Below are positions 8,361 through 19,225 of a stretch of 59,096 bases of DNA, piece after piece; position 1 is the first letter of the stretch, and the number at the start of each line of letters is the position of its first letter. The stretch is from Planctomycetota bacterium. Its GTDB lineage: Bacteria; Planctomycetota; B15-G4. The position numbers and the translations under genes were made by a program. Below the pieces are notes generated by a model. That model saw nothing but the letters and a program-made list of their open reading frames with translations. It was not told the origin of the DNA and did not search any database. The stretch spans positions 1-59,096 of the forward strand of contig DASUFI010000185.1 in assembly GCA_036274635.1 (NCBI GenBank), in the 5' to 3' direction.

Positions 8361-9733
8361 CGAATGCTCTCCAGCGCCGCGACGAGGCGATCGATCTCCT
8401 CGCGCGTGTTCATGTCGGTCACGGCCACCAGCCACTGGCTCGCGAGGCTCTTGTCCACGCGCCCGAGGTCGAGGCCGCCCAGGATGCCGTGCTTCTTCAG
8501 CAGCTGCTGGTTCACCTTGGCCGCCGGCAGCGGGCACGTGACGGTGAACTCGTTGAAGAAGGCGCGCTTGGGCCAGGTGATCGACCAGCCCGGGATCGCC
8601 GCGATGCGCTGCGCGGCATAGTGCGCGCGGGAGAGGTTCGTGCGGCCCAGCTCGACGAAGCCCTCCTTGCCCAGCAGCGACATCCAGATCGTCGCGCGCA
8701 GGGCCATGAGCTGCTGGCTGGTGCAGATGTTGGAGGTGGCCTTGGCGCGGCGGATGTGCTGCTCGCGCGTCGCGAAGGTGAGCACGAAGGCGCGGCGGCC
8801 CTGGCCGTCGCGCGTCTCGCCGGCGATGCGCGCCGGCATCTGCCGCACGAAGTCCATGCGGCTGCACAGGTAGCCGACGCCCGGCCCCCCGAACCAGGGC
8901 TTGTTGCCCATGGAGGTGGCCTCGCCGCACACCATGTCGGCGCGCTGCTTGCCCGGCGCCTCCACCAGCGAGAGGGCCACCGGGTTGGCGGCGACGACGC
9001 ACAGCGCGCCGAGGCCGTGCGCCGCGTCGGCGAGCTGCTTCACATCCTCGAGCACGCCGAAGAAGTTGGGCTGCTGCACGGCCACGGCCGCGACCTTGTC
9101 GGGCGACACCTTCTTGCTCGCCAGCACGGCGGCGAAGGCCGCCGGGTCCGTGGCGCCGTCGGCCAGCTCCACCTCGACCAGCTGCATGCCCAGCGTCCTG
9201 AGGTAGGTGGCCAGCGTGCCGCGGTAGTCCGGGTGCACGCCGCGCGAGACGACCACGGCCGTGCGGCCCTCGGCCTCCTTGAGGCGCAGTGCCATGAGCA
9301 CGGCCTCGGTGAGCGCCGTCGCGCCGTCATAGAGCGAGGCGTTGCTCACCTCGAGGCCGGTGAGCCGGCACATCATCGTCTGCCACTCGAAGATCGTTGT
9401 CAGCGTGCCCTGGCTGGCCTCGGGCTGGTACGGCGTGTAGGCGGTCCAGAATTCCGTGCGCTGCTGCAGGTTGTCCACCAGCGCCGGGCACATGTGGCGG
9501 TAGAGGCCCGCGCCGAGGAAGCTGGGATGGTCGACGGCCGAGACGTTCTTGTCCGCCAGCCCGCGCAGCTCGCGCAGGATGGCGTCCTCGGTGAGCGCCG
9601 GCTCCACCGGCAGCGCGCCCTGGTAGCGGCAGTCGGGCGGGATGCACGACTCGAACAGCGCGTCCACGGAGGGCGCGCCGATGGTCGCCAGCATGGAGCG
9701 CTTGTCGGCCTCGGTGTGGGGGACGTAGTGCAT
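8357..9733 (-). CDS. gcvPA: Glycine dehydrogenase (aminomethyl-transferring) subunit 1
   Basis: 458-aa [22 protein letters not shown]...FLGAGLYRH...[12 protein letters not shown]. It has typical GcvPA length and motifs. Confidence 0.9.
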   Translation of the reverse strand: MHYVPHTEADKRSMLATIGAPSVDALFESCIPPDCRYQGALPVEPALTEDAILRELRGLADKNVSAVDHPSFLGAGLYRHMCPALVDNLQQRTEFWTAYTPYQPEASQGTLTTIFEWQTMMCRLTGLEVSNASLYDGATALTEAVLMALRLKEAEGRTAVVVSRGVHPDYRGTLATYLRTLGMQLVEVELADGATDPAAFAAVLASKKVSPDKVAAVAVQQPNFFGVLEDVKQLADAAHGLGALCVVAANPVALSLVEAPGKQRADMVCGEATSMGNKPWFGGPGVGYLCSRMDFVRQMPARIAGETRDGQGRRAFVLTFATREQHIRRAKATSNICTSQQLMALRATIWMSLLGKEGFVELGRTNLSRAHYAAQRIAAIPGWSITWPKRAFFNEFTVTCPLPAAKVNQQLLKKHGILGGLDLGRVDKSLASQWLVAVTDMNTREEIDRLVAALESIR

Positions 9734-9779
9734 GCCTCTCCGGTGGTGCGGCCCCGCGGGGCCGGTGCCTTGCTGTGCG

Positions 9780-10160
9780 TCAGGCCGTCTCGGCCACGAG
9801 CTTGTCGTAGGCCGACGCGTCCATGAGCGACGCAGGCGCCTTGCCCTTGATCCTGATCTTGACCAGCCAGCCCTTGCCGTACGGGTCGGAGGTGATGTCG
9901 CCCAGGCTGTCCGCCAGCGCGGAGTTCACCTCGAGCACCTCGCCGTCCACGGGGCTGTTGATGTCCGAGACCGCCTTGACCGACTCGATCTCGCCGCAGG
10001 CCTTGCCGGCCGAGACCTTGTCGCCCTTCTTCGGCAGGCCCAGGTAGACGAGGTCGCTCAGCGCGTGCGCGGCGTGGTCGGTGATGCCGATGGTCGCCGT
10101 GTCGCCGGACAGGCGCACCCACTCGTGGGTCTCGGTGTACTTCAGGTCCGGGGGATTCAT
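9780..10160 (-). CDS. gcvH: Glycine cleavage system H protein
   Basis: 126 aa, with YTETHEWV and the lipoyl-lysine motif [11 protein letters not shown]. Confidence 0.92.
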   Translation of the reverse strand: MNPPDLKYTETHEWVRLSGDTATIGITDHAAHALSDLVYLGLPKKGDKVSAGKACGEIESVKAVSDINSPVDGEVLEVNSALADSLGDITSDPYGKGWLVKIRIKGKAPASLMDASAYDKLVAETA

Positions 10161-10182
10161 CGCGTCGGGGGTCTCCTGCGCC

Positions 10183-11286
<1,104 letters not shown>

Positions 11287-11329
11287 GGGCGTCGCTTTCG
11301 AGGCTGGACGGAAAGGGCGCCAATGATCC

Positions 11330-11475
11330 GGGAAAGCGCCTGGGGATGCCAGCCCCCTTGGCCCGAGCGGGGCTTCGCGGGCTCCGTCGTGGGCGTGCTG
11401 CCCGCGCTCCGCCACACCCCGAGCGCTGGCTCGCACGTGGTCGAACGGTCATCATCCTGCGCTCCCCCTCGAGGG
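11330..11475 (-). ncRNA. Candidate tandem glycine riboswitch (GC-shifted core)
   Basis: The 196-nt leader upstream of gcvT has two units on the minus strand. Each has GGAGCGC ... GCGCTC-GGG (P1-like pairing equivalent to GGAGAG...CUCUCAGG). The second unit also has ACGACGGAGCC (compare CCGAAGGAGCA) and CTCGGGCCAAGGGGGC (compare CUCAGGCAAAAGGAC). This was judged by eye only. Confidence 0.4.
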
Positions 11476-11482
11476 TGCTTGG

Positions 11483-14056
11483 ATGTCCTGCCGCGTCCGG
11501 AGCGCAGACCAAGGCTTCCCGGCCGCGGCCAGGCTGGCGGCGCTCGCCCTGGTGGCCTGCCTGGCGCTGGCCTTCCCGGCCCCCGCGCAGCGCGCGCCCG
11601 AGCAGCTCGACGGCGCGGCCATCCTGCACCGCCTGCACAAGCTGCAGACCTTCGGCAGCGCGCTCTACATCGCCGCGCACCCCGACGACGAGAACACGCG
11701 CCTGATCACGTGGCTCAGCAACGGCCGCAAGGTGCGCACGGCGTACCTCAGCCTGACGCGCGGCGACGGCGGGCAGGACCTCATCGGCCCGGAGCTGGGC
11801 GACGCGCTCGGCATCCTGCGCACCCAGGAGCTGCTGGAGGCGCGACGCATCGACGGTGGCGAGCAGTTCTTCACGCGCGCGGTCGACTTCGGCTACAGCA
11901 AGAGCCCGGAGGAGTCCTTCGCGAAGTGGGGCAGGCAGGAGGTGCTCGCGGACGTGGTGCGCGTCATCCGGACCTTCCGCCCGGATGTGATCATCACGCG
12001 CTTCCCGCCCGAGGGCGGCGGCGGGCACGGGCACCACACGGCGTCGGCGCAGCTCGCGCAGGAGGCCTTCGACCTCGCCGCGGACAGCTCGGCCTTCCCC
12101 GACCAGCTCGCCGCAGGGCTGCAGCCGTGGCAGGCGCAGCGGCTGTTCTTCAACGGCAGCACGTTCTTTCGCGCGGATGTCGCGGAGCAGGCCGCGAAGG
12201 ATCCCGCGCACTGGCTCGCGGTGGACGTCGGAGGCTTCGACCCGCTGCTCGGCGCCAGCTACACGGAGATCGCCGGGCGCAGCCGCAGCCAGCACAAGAG
12301 CCAGGGCTTCGGCGCCGCCGAGGCGCGCGGGCAACAGCTCGAGTATCTGCGGCTGGACAAGGGCACGCCGCTGGCCGCGCCGGATCCCTTCGACGGCATC
12401 GATCTGGGCTGGACGCGCGTGCCGGGCAGCGAGCGCGTGCAGTCGCTGCTGGCCGAGGTCGTGGCCGCGTACGACGTGCAGGCGCCCGAGCGCAGCCTGT
12501 CGGGCCTCGCGGCCGTGCTGCGCGCGCTCGAGGAGCTGGCCGCGTCGGCGGGACCCGACGCCGCCTTCGTGGAACACCAGGCGCAGGCCGCGCGCGAGCT
12601 GATCCTGCAGCTCTGCGGGGTCGTGGTGCAGGTGAACGCCCCGTCGCCGCGGGTCGCGGCGGGCGACACGCTGTCGGCCTCGCTGTCCGTGCTGCAGCGC
12701 GCGCAGGGCGCCGCGCTGGAGGTGGCCGCCGTCACGGGCCCCGACGGCGCCACGACCGCCGTGGGGGAGACCCTCGCCTGGAACCGCGCCCTCGAGCGGC
12801 CGCTGACGTGGAGCGTCCCGGCGACCCAGCCCATCGACCAGCCCTACTGGCTGGCCGCGCCGCACGGCGCGCTGTACCAGCCGGACCTGGGGCGGCACGC
12901 GGGCATCGAGCCCGTGGCTGCGGGGGCGGCGACCTTCCGCGTGGAGCTGCGCCTGCCCGACGGCTCGTCGGTGCGCGTCGATCGGCAGGCGATGCAGACC
13001 TGGGTGGATCGCGTCGCCGGCGAGCGCAGCCGGCCCGTCACGGTCACGCCGGTGGCCTCGATCGCGGTGGCCGATCCGGTGGCGCTGGTCCGCGGGGGAC
13101 GCGCGAGCGTCGACGTGGAGATCGAGGCGCTCACCGACGGGCTGAGCGGCGAGCTCGGCGCCACGCTGCCGACCGGCTGGACCCTGCAGGCCGCGCCGGC
13201 TCCGGTGCAGGCGCTGGCCCTGGGCGAGCGCGCGACGCGCCGTTTCGATCTGGTGGCCGGTCCGCAGGCCCAGCGTGGCGTGATGCACGTCGCCTTCACC
13301 GGCTCGCGAGGCGCGGCGGACCGCACGCTGCACGTGATCGACCACCCGCACATCCTGCCGCAGGCGTGGTCCACGCCCGCCGACGTGCTGCTGCTGCCGG
13401 CGGACGTGGCGGTCAGCACGAAGCGGGTGGGGTACATCGAGGGCGCGGGCGACGAGGTGCCGCAGGCGCTGGCACGCCTGGGCGTCGAGGTCGAGCGCAT
13501 CGACCCGGCCACGGCGCAGGGCTCGGACCTCGCGCGCTGCGAGGCGATCGTCATGGGCATCCGCGCCTACAACACGGTGCCCGCGCTCGTGCACTTCCAG
13601 CCGACGCTGCTGCGCTTCGTCCAGGACGGCGGCACGCTGGTGGTCCAGTACGACACGAGCGGCAGCGACCTCGTGCTGCCGGCCAGCCGCATCGGCCCCT
13701 ACCCCTTCGAGCTGACGCGCGACCGCGTGACGGTCGAGGAGGCCGTGCCCACCTTCCTCGCGCCGACGCACCCGCTGATGACGACACCCAATGCGCTGCA
13801 GGCGAGCGACTTCGACGGCTGGGTGCAGGAGCGCGGCCTGTACTTCGCGGGCGGGCTGGACCCCGCCTACGTGCCGCTCATCGCGTGGAGCGACCCGGGC
13901 GAGGCGCCGCTGGACGGAGCGCTCATCGCGTGCGACGACGGCCGGGGGCGCTTCATCTACACCGGGCTGAGCCTGTTCCGGCAGCTGCCGGCCGGCGTCG
14001 CGGGCAGCTACAGGATCCTGGCCAACCTCATCGCCCGCCGGTCCGACGCCCCGTGA
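11483..14056 (+). CDS. PIG-L/LmbE family deacetylase, large form with additional C-terminal domains
   Basis: Signal peptide followed by ALYIAAHPDDENTRLITWL...LTRGDGGQD...GGGGHGHH (the LmbE zinc/active-site motifs). 857 aa. Confidence 0.8.
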   Translation: MSCRVRSADQGFPAAARLAALALVACLALAFPAPAQRAPEQLDGAAILHRLHKLQTFGSALYIAAHPDDENTRLITWLSNGRKVRTAYLSLTRGDGGQDLIGPELGDALGILRTQELLEARRIDGGEQFFTRAVDFGYSKSPEESFAKWGRQEVLADVVRVIRTFRPDVIITRFPPEGGGGHGHHTASAQLAQEAFDLAADSSAFPDQLAAGLQPWQAQRLFFNGSTFFRADVAEQAAKDPAHWLAVDVGGFDPLLGASYTEIAGRSRSQHKSQGFGAAEARGQQLEYLRLDKGTPLAAPDPFDGIDLGWTRVPGSERVQSLLAEVVAAYDVQAPERSLSGLAAVLRALEELAASAGPDAAFVEHQAQAARELILQLCGVVVQVNAPSPRVAAGDTLSASLSVLQRAQGAALEVAAVTGPDGATTAVGETLAWNRALERPLTWSVPATQPIDQPYWLAAPHGALYQPDLGRHAGIEPVAAGAATFRVELRLPDGSSVRVDRQAMQTWVDRVAGERSRPVTVTPVASIAVADPVALVRGGRASVDVEIEALTDGLSGELGATLPTGWTLQAAPAPVQALALGERATRRFDLVAGPQAQRGVMHVAFTGSRGAADRTLHVIDHPHILPQAWSTPADVLLLPADVAVSTKRVGYIEGAGDEVPQALARLGVEVERIDPATAQGSDLARCEAIVMGIRAYNTVPALVHFQPTLLRFVQDGGTLVVQYDTSGSDLVLPASRIGPYPFELTRDRVTVEEAVPTFLAPTHPLMTTPNALQASDFDGWVQERGLYFAGGLDPAYVPLIAWSDPGEAPLDGALIACDDGRGRFIYTGLSLFRQLPAGVAGSYRILANLIARRSDAP

Positions 14057-14084
14057 CGAGCCGCCGCGCGCGCGGCCGCTGACG

Positions 14085-15788
14085 ATGCACCCGCTCGACT
14101 GGCTCGTCCTGCTGGGCACGCTGGGATTCATCGTGGCCTACGGCGTGTGGAAGACGCGCCGCGACAACACCCGCGAGAGCTACCTGCGCGGCGGCGGCGA
14201 GGACCGGTGGTGGACGGTGGGCCTCAGCGTCATGGCCACGCAGGCCAGCGCGATCACCTTCCTGAGCACGCCCGGCCAGGGCTATGTGGCCGGACTGGGC
14301 TTCGTCCAGTTCTACTTCGGCCTGCCGCTGGCGATGATCCTGATCGGGGCGGTGTTCATCCCGCTGTACTACAAGTGGAAGGTGTACACCGCCTACGAGT
14401 TCATCGGGCGGCGCTTCGACGAGCGCGCGCGACGGCTCACAGCCGGCCTCTTCCTCGTGCAGCGCAGCCTCGCGGCCGGCATCACGATCTACGCGCCCAG
14501 CATCATCCTCGCCAAGGTGCTCGGCTGGCCGCTCTCGTGGACCTGCCTCTTCATCGGCGTGCTCGTGACCCTGTACACGACCACGGGCGGCGCGCGCGCC
14601 GTCGGCGTCACGCACATGCAGCAGATGGCCGTCATGTTCCTCGGGCTGTTCACGGCCTTCGGGCTGATCGTCCACGCGCTCTCCGACACGCTGGGCTTCG
14701 GCGAGAGCCTGCGCGTGGCGCGCGAGCTGGGCAAGCTGGACGCCGTGGACCTGTCCTGGGACCCGGCCGAGAAGTACACGCTGTGGAGCGGGCTCATCGG
14801 CGGCTTCTTCCTGCAGCTGTCGTACTTCGGCACGGACCAGAGCCAGGTGCAGCGCTACCTGACCGCGCGGTCCATGCAGCAGGCTCGGCAGGGCCTGTGG
14901 ATGAACGGCGTGCTCAAGATCCCGATGCAGTTCTTCATCCTGCTCACGGGCGTGCTCGTCTTCGTCTTCTACCTGCTGCACCCCGCGCCGCTGCACTGGA
15001 ACGAGGCCAACCTGGTCACGGCGCGCGAGCTGGACACGACCTCGATCACGAGCGACCTGGAGCGCGAGCACGGCGAGGCGCTGGAGGCGCGCCGCGAGCA
15101 GACCCTGCAGCTGGCGGCGGCCTGGCGCTCCGGCGACGAGGCGCAGGCGCAGCAGGCGCTGGCCGGCATCCGGCAGCTCGACGCGCAGGATGCCGCGCTG
15201 CAGGAGCAGTTCCGCGCGCACCTCGCGCAGCTCGCGCCCGCCGCCGAGACCAACGACAGGGACTACATCTTCATCACCTTCATCATGGACCACCTGCCGG
15301 TGGGCATCATCGGCCTGCTGCTGGCGATGATCTTCTGCGCGGGCATGAGCAGCACGAGCGCCGAGCTCTCCGCGCTGGCCACGACGACCACCGTGGACCT
15401 GCTGCGCGGCGCGCGCGGCGAGGGCGCGCAGGTGCGCGCCACGCAATGGGCCACCGTGGCCTTCGGCGCCCTGGCCCTCGCCTTCGCCGCGCTGTTCTCG
15501 CTGTTCGAGAACCTCATCCAGGCGGTGAACATCCTGGGCTCGCTCTTCTACGGCACGATCCTCGGGATCTTCCTGGTGGCCTTCTTCGTCCGGTACGTGA
15601 AGGGCACGGCCGTCTTCGTCGCGGCGCTCGTGGCGCAGGCGGTCATCGTGGTGATGCACGTCACACACGTCGAGATCGCCTTCCTCTGGTACAACCTCAT
15701 CGCGCCCGCGATCGTGGTCGTGCTGGGCATCGCGCTGCAGGCGCTGCTGCCGCGGCGGGAGCCCGCGCGTCCCGCGCCGTCCGCGTGA
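14085..15788 (+). CDS. Sodium:solute symporter family transporter
   Basis: 567 aa and polytopic. The N-terminus ...WWTVGLSVMATQASAITFLSTPGQGY... is typical of SSF transporters. It starts 28 nt after the PIG-L gene. Confidence 0.85.
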   Translation: MHPLDWLVLLGTLGFIVAYGVWKTRRDNTRESYLRGGGEDRWWTVGLSVMATQASAITFLSTPGQGYVAGLGFVQFYFGLPLAMILIGAVFIPLYYKWKVYTAYEFIGRRFDERARRLTAGLFLVQRSLAAGITIYAPSIILAKVLGWPLSWTCLFIGVLVTLYTTTGGARAVGVTHMQQMAVMFLGLFTAFGLIVHALSDTLGFGESLRVARELGKLDAVDLSWDPAEKYTLWSGLIGGFFLQLSYFGTDQSQVQRYLTARSMQQARQGLWMNGVLKIPMQFFILLTGVLVFVFYLLHPAPLHWNEANLVTARELDTTSITSDLEREHGEALEARREQTLQLAAAWRSGDEAQAQQALAGIRQLDAQDAALQEQFRAHLAQLAPAAETNDRDYIFITFIMDHLPVGIIGLLLAMIFCAGMSSTSAELSALATTTTVDLLRGARGEGAQVRATQWATVAFGALALAFAALFSLFENLIQAVNILGSLFYGTILGIFLVAFFVRYVKGTAVFVAALVAQAVIVVMHVTHVEIAFLWYNLIAPAIVVVLGIALQALLPRREPARPAPSA

Positions 15789-15864
15789 CGTCGCGGCGAT
15801 CTCCGGGCCGGCCGGCTGCGCGGGCGGGTGCGCGCGGACGAGGCCTCGTGCTAGTCTGCGCGCC

Positions 15865-16731
15865 ATGAAGAACACCTTCCTGTGCGCCTCTCTCGTCGCC
15901 GCCGCGGCGCTGCTCTCTCCCGCCCTGCAGGCGCAGGACGCGCCGCTGTCGTTCCCGCAGGCCAGCCCGGGGGCCACGGTCAGCCAGCGCGTCGGCCTCA
16001 CCGACATCGAGATCAAGTACTCGCGCCCCGGCGCCAAGGGCCGCGCGATCTTCGGCGGGCTCGTGCCCTTCGGCGAGGTCTGGCGCACGGGCGCCAACGC
16101 CGCCACGAAGATCAGCTTCAGCACGGACGCGAAGCTGGGCGGCCAGGCGGTTCCCGCAGGCACCTACTCCCTGTTCACGATTCCGGAAGCGCGCGAGTGG
16201 ACGATCATCCTCAACAAGGTCCCCGACCAGTCGGGTGCGTTCGCCTACGACGCCGCCCAGGACCTGCTGCGCGTGAAGGCGGCGGTCGTGGCGCTGCCGG
16301 CGCCGGTGGAGAGCTTCACGATCGGCGTGGACGAGCTGAGCAGCCACTCCGCGATGCTCACGCTGGCGTGGGAGAAGACCGCCGTGCGCGTGCCGATCGA
16401 GATCGACGTCGTCGGGCAGCTGGTCCCGAAGATCAAGGCCGCGATGGCCGGCGACGGCCCGAAGCCCTACCTGCAGGCCGCGATGTTCTACTACGACAAC
16501 GACCTGGACCTCGCCCAGGCCACCCAGTGGATCGAAGCCGCGATCAAGGAGCAGCCCGAGCCGCCCACGTGGATGGTCTACCGCCACGGCCTCATCCTGA
16601 AGAAGGCCGGCGACAAGGCCGGCGCGCTGGCCTCCGCCAAGTGGTCGCTGGAGCTGGCCGAGAAGGCCGGCGGCGAGCTGGGCGCCGAGTACAAGCGGCT
16701 CAACGAGGAGCTGATCGCCAGCCTGAAGTGA
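15865..16731 (+). CDS. DUF2911 domain protein (secreted)
   Basis: Signal peptide, then IEIKYSRPGAKGRAIFGGLVPFGEVWRTGANAATKISFS...GTYSLFTIPEAREWTIILNK, which matches the DUF2911 signature as I remember it. Confidence 0.75.
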   Translation: MKNTFLCASLVAAAALLSPALQAQDAPLSFPQASPGATVSQRVGLTDIEIKYSRPGAKGRAIFGGLVPFGEVWRTGANAATKISFSTDAKLGGQAVPAGTYSLFTIPEAREWTIILNKVPDQSGAFAYDAAQDLLRVKAAVVALPAPVESFTIGVDELSSHSAMLTLAWEKTAVRVPIEIDVVGQLVPKIKAAMAGDGPKPYLQAAMFYYDNDLDLAQATQWIEAAIKEQPEPPTWMVYRHGLILKKAGDKAGALASAKWSLELAEKAGGELGAEYKRLNEELIASLK

Positions 16732-16897
16732 GGGCGGCGGGCTTGCCGCCGCGCGGCTGCACGTGGCCGCGGCGCCTCATGGCCTGACGGACCTCCCGGC
16801 GTGCGACCGCAACGCCCGCGGTGCCGCGGGCGCCGGCGATCCGCACCCGGGGCCCCGATCGGCCGGGAGGGCACGAGCACCGAGGGCGCGGCCCTGA

Positions 16898-16925
16898 TTG
16901 ACAAACATGGTATTGGCAATACCAT
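16898..16925 (+). promoter_or_regulatory. Sigma-70-type promoter candidate, TTGACA-N16-TACCAT
   Basis: A perfect -35 hexamer TTGACA lies at 16898-16903. TACCAT lies at 16920-16925. The predicted start site is only about 4-8 nt before the ATG at 16936, implying a leaderless or near-leaderless transcript. Confidence 0.5.
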
Positions 16926-16928
16926 GTT
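16904..16928. promoter_or_regulatory. Perfect 25-bp palindrome (12-nt arms), NsrR/Rrf2-type operator candidate
   Basis: AACATGGTATTG-G-CAATACCATGTT. It fills the promoter spacer and -10 region immediately upstream of the Rrf2 regulator gene. Confidence 0.65.
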
Positions 16929-16935
16929 CCGTCCC

Positions 16936-17370
16936 ATGCACCTCAAGCTCCGGACCGACTACGCCCTGCGCGTGCTGCTCTATCTCGGCCATGCCGGCCG
17001 CGCGGCGCCGGTGGACGAGATGGCGCGAGCCTTCGACATCTCGCGCGAGCACCTGGTGAAGGTGGTGCAGGCGCTGGCGCGCCGCGCGCTGGTGGTGACG
17101 CGGCCAGGCCGCCGCGGCGGCGTGGAGCTGCTGCCGGCGGGGCGGCAGGCCACCGTGGCGGAGGTGGTGGCGCACTTCGAAGGTCGCCGTACCGTGCTGC
17201 CCTGCGTGCTGCAGCCGAAGGCCTGCGTGCTCGAGCCGGGCTGCGACCTGCGCCGCCTGCTGATGTCCGCCGAAGAAGCCTTCTACGCCGCGCTCTCCGG
17301 AACCACCATCGCCGAGCTGGCGCGGCCGAGCCGCCGGCACGGCGGACTGCGCCACCTCGCGCTGCACTGA
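16936..17370 (+). CDS. Rrf2 family transcriptional regulator (NsrR-like)
   Basis: MHLKLRTDYALRVLLYLG...DEMARAFDISREHLVKVVQALARRALVVTRPGRRGGVEL. Three Cys residues (CVLQPKACVLEPGC) are spaced as an Fe-S cluster ligand set. Confidence 0.85.
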   Translation: MHLKLRTDYALRVLLYLGHAGRAAPVDEMARAFDISREHLVKVVQALARRALVVTRPGRRGGVELLPAGRQATVAEVVAHFEGRRTVLPCVLQPKACVLEPGCDLRRLLMSAEEAFYAALSGTTIAELARPSRRHGGLRHLALH

Positions 17371-17412
17371 GCGCGAATCGACATTCCTCCGTCCACCCCG
17401 CGAGAACCCACC

Positions 17413-17832
17413 ATGGACGTCGCCCTGCTCCGCTCCAGCTTCGCCTCCCTGCAACCTTCCGCCGACGCGCTGGCGCGCGGCTTCTACGCACGCCTCTTCG
17501 CGACCTACCCGCAGGTGCGCCCGATGTTCAAGGGCACCGACTTCGCCGAGCAGCGCCGCAAGCTCATGGCTTCGGTGGCCGCGGTGGTGGCGCTGGCGGA
17601 CCGTCCCGAAGCGCTGGAGCCGGTGCTGGCCGCCATGGGCCGGCAGCACGCCGACCTCGGCGTCCAGCCGCAGCACTACGACTACGTGGGGGCCTCGATG
17701 CTGGCCGCCATGGCGGACGAGTGCGGCGACGCGTGGACGCCCGAGCTGTCGCGCGCCTGGGACGCGGCGCTGCGCTTCGTGAGCGCGGGCATGCTGGCGG
17801 CGCAGACAGCGCAGGCGCCGACGAGGGCCTGA
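17413..17832 (+). CDS. Single-domain globin
   Basis: 139 aa: LLRSSFASLQPSADALARGFYARLFATYPQVRPMFKGTDFAEQRRKLMASV...LGRQHADLGVQPQHYDYVGASML. It has a globin helix pattern with a proximal His. It starts 43 nt after the Rrf2 gene. Confidence 0.8.
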   Translation: MDVALLRSSFASLQPSADALARGFYARLFATYPQVRPMFKGTDFAEQRRKLMASVAAVVALADRPEALEPVLAAMGRQHADLGVQPQHYDYVGASMLAAMADECGDAWTPELSRAWDAALRFVSAGMLAAQTAQAPTRA

Positions 17833-18067
17833 TCCGCGGCGCGGCGAGGCTCGACGGGCCGCCACTGTCTCGGTGCGCCGGAAAGCCATCCAGGCAAGCA
17901 CCGAGGCCGCGCGAGCTCACGGCGCCGTGCCGACCACGCCGTTGCTGGCGGCGAAGCCGTAGGGCGCGCCGGCGTCGGGGATTTGCGTCTCCCTGCGCTA
18001 ACACCCGGATGGGCTCGCGCCTCTTCCCGCTGGGGACCGGATCCGGTCCGAGCCAGGAGACCAGCGC

Positions 18068-19225
18068 ATGCAGGGACTTGCCGTGGGGTGGGCGTTCGCT
18101 GTCGCGGTGTGCAGCGGATGCCGGACCGCTGCCGAGCCCGCCTTCGTCGAGGGCCCGGACTCGCCGATCGCGGTGGGTCCCGGGCCGGAGACTCCGGCCC
18201 TTGCGGACTTCGACGGTGACGGAAGACCGGACATCGTGGTGACGTGCGGATCGCGCGCGGCGCCCCAGGTCGGGGGCGTGCTGTTGCTCCTCAACCAAGG
18301 GGGCGCGAGGTTCGCGGCCGCGCCCGCGGGACGCATCGAGCTGCCGCAGCCCGTGGACTCGCTCGCGGTCGCGGACTTCAACGAAGACCGGTGCGTCGAC
18401 GTGGCCGCGGTGGGGCACGACTCGTATCAGGTCCATCTGCTCTTCGGGGACGGGCACGGTGGGCTGTCCGGCGGCAGCTCGTTCGCCGCGCACGTGGGAC
18501 ACCATCCACACACCCACGCCGTCGCGGCTCTGGACGTCAATGGCGACGGCCACGCGGACGTGCTGACGACCAATGCGGATGACGACGCCATCTCCGTCCT
18601 GCTGGGCGACGGGCGGGGCGGCCTTGCGCCGGCGGCCGGATCGCCCTTCGCGGCGCCGCGTCACCCGTACTCGAGCCTCGCCGTGCAGGACCTGGATGGG
18701 GACGGCAGGCCGGACGTGGCAGCGCCGCTGCTGGAGTCGGGCGAGATCGGCGTGTACCTCGGCGACGGCGCAGGCGGTTTCGCGGCGGCACCGGGCTCGC
18801 CGCATGGCGTCGGGGCGCGCCCGGGCTTCGTGCACGCCGACGACGTCAACGGCGACGGCCGGCCGGACCTGCTGGCCACGCACGACGATGTGGGGCTGCT
18901 GGACGTGCTGCTGAACGAGGGCGGCGGACGGTTCGCGTTCGCTCCGGAGTCGCCGGTGCGCGTGCGCGAGCCGGTGTGGTCGATCGTCACCAGCGATGTC
19001 GATGACGATGGGGACCGCGATGCGATCCTGAGCACGCCGGGCCGGAGCCTGGTGCTGCTCCTGGGCGATGGTCACGGGGGCTTCTCGCGGGCGGAGCGGG
19101 CGGCCCTGGCGACCGGCGAGGCACCCAACCGGCTGGCGTCGGGCGATCTCGATGGCGACGGACGCGCGGATGTCGTGACGAGCAACCACGAGAGCGGAGA
19201 CATCACCGTGCTGCTGCGGCGATAG
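18068..19225 (+). CDS. FG-GAP/VCBS repeat lipoprotein
   Basis: The motif DFDGDGRPDIVV / DVNGDGHADVL / DLDGDGRPDV / DVNGDGRPDLL / DLDGDGRADVV is repeated about every 50 aa. Confidence 0.8.
   Translation: MQGLAVGWAFAVAVCSGCRTAAEPAFVEGPDSPIAVGPGPETPALADFDGDGRPDIVVTCGSRAAPQVGGVLLLLNQGGARFAAAPAGRIELPQPVDSLAVADFNEDRCVDVAAVGHDSYQVHLLFGDGHGGLSGGSSFAAHVGHHPHTHAVAALDVNGDGHADVLTTNADDDAISVLLGDGRGGLAPAAGSPFAAPRHPYSSLAVQDLDGDGRPDVAAPLLESGEIGVYLGDGAGGFAAAPGSPHGVGARPGFVHADDVNGDGRPDLLATHDDVGLLDVLLNEGGGRFAFAPESPVRVREPVWSIVTSDVDDDGDRDAILSTPGRSLVLLLGDGHGGFSRAERAALATGEAPNRLASGDLDGDGRADVVTSNHESGDITVLLRR

Noticed and set aside
5728-8621. ORFs 5728..8019(-) (763 aa) and 5772..8621(+) (949 aa) spanning the gpx and gcvPB region
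   Set aside because: Both are off-frame or antisense to clearly recognisable glutathione peroxidase and GcvPB sequences. Their composition is dominated by Arg, Gly, Ala and Pro.
16924-16935. Alternative ATG at 16924 (MFRPMHLK...) for the Rrf2 regulator
   Set aside because: It lies inside the palindrome and the -10 candidate. The canonical Rrf2 N-terminus (M-x-L-x-x-x-T-D-Y-A-L-R) begins at the ATG at 16936.
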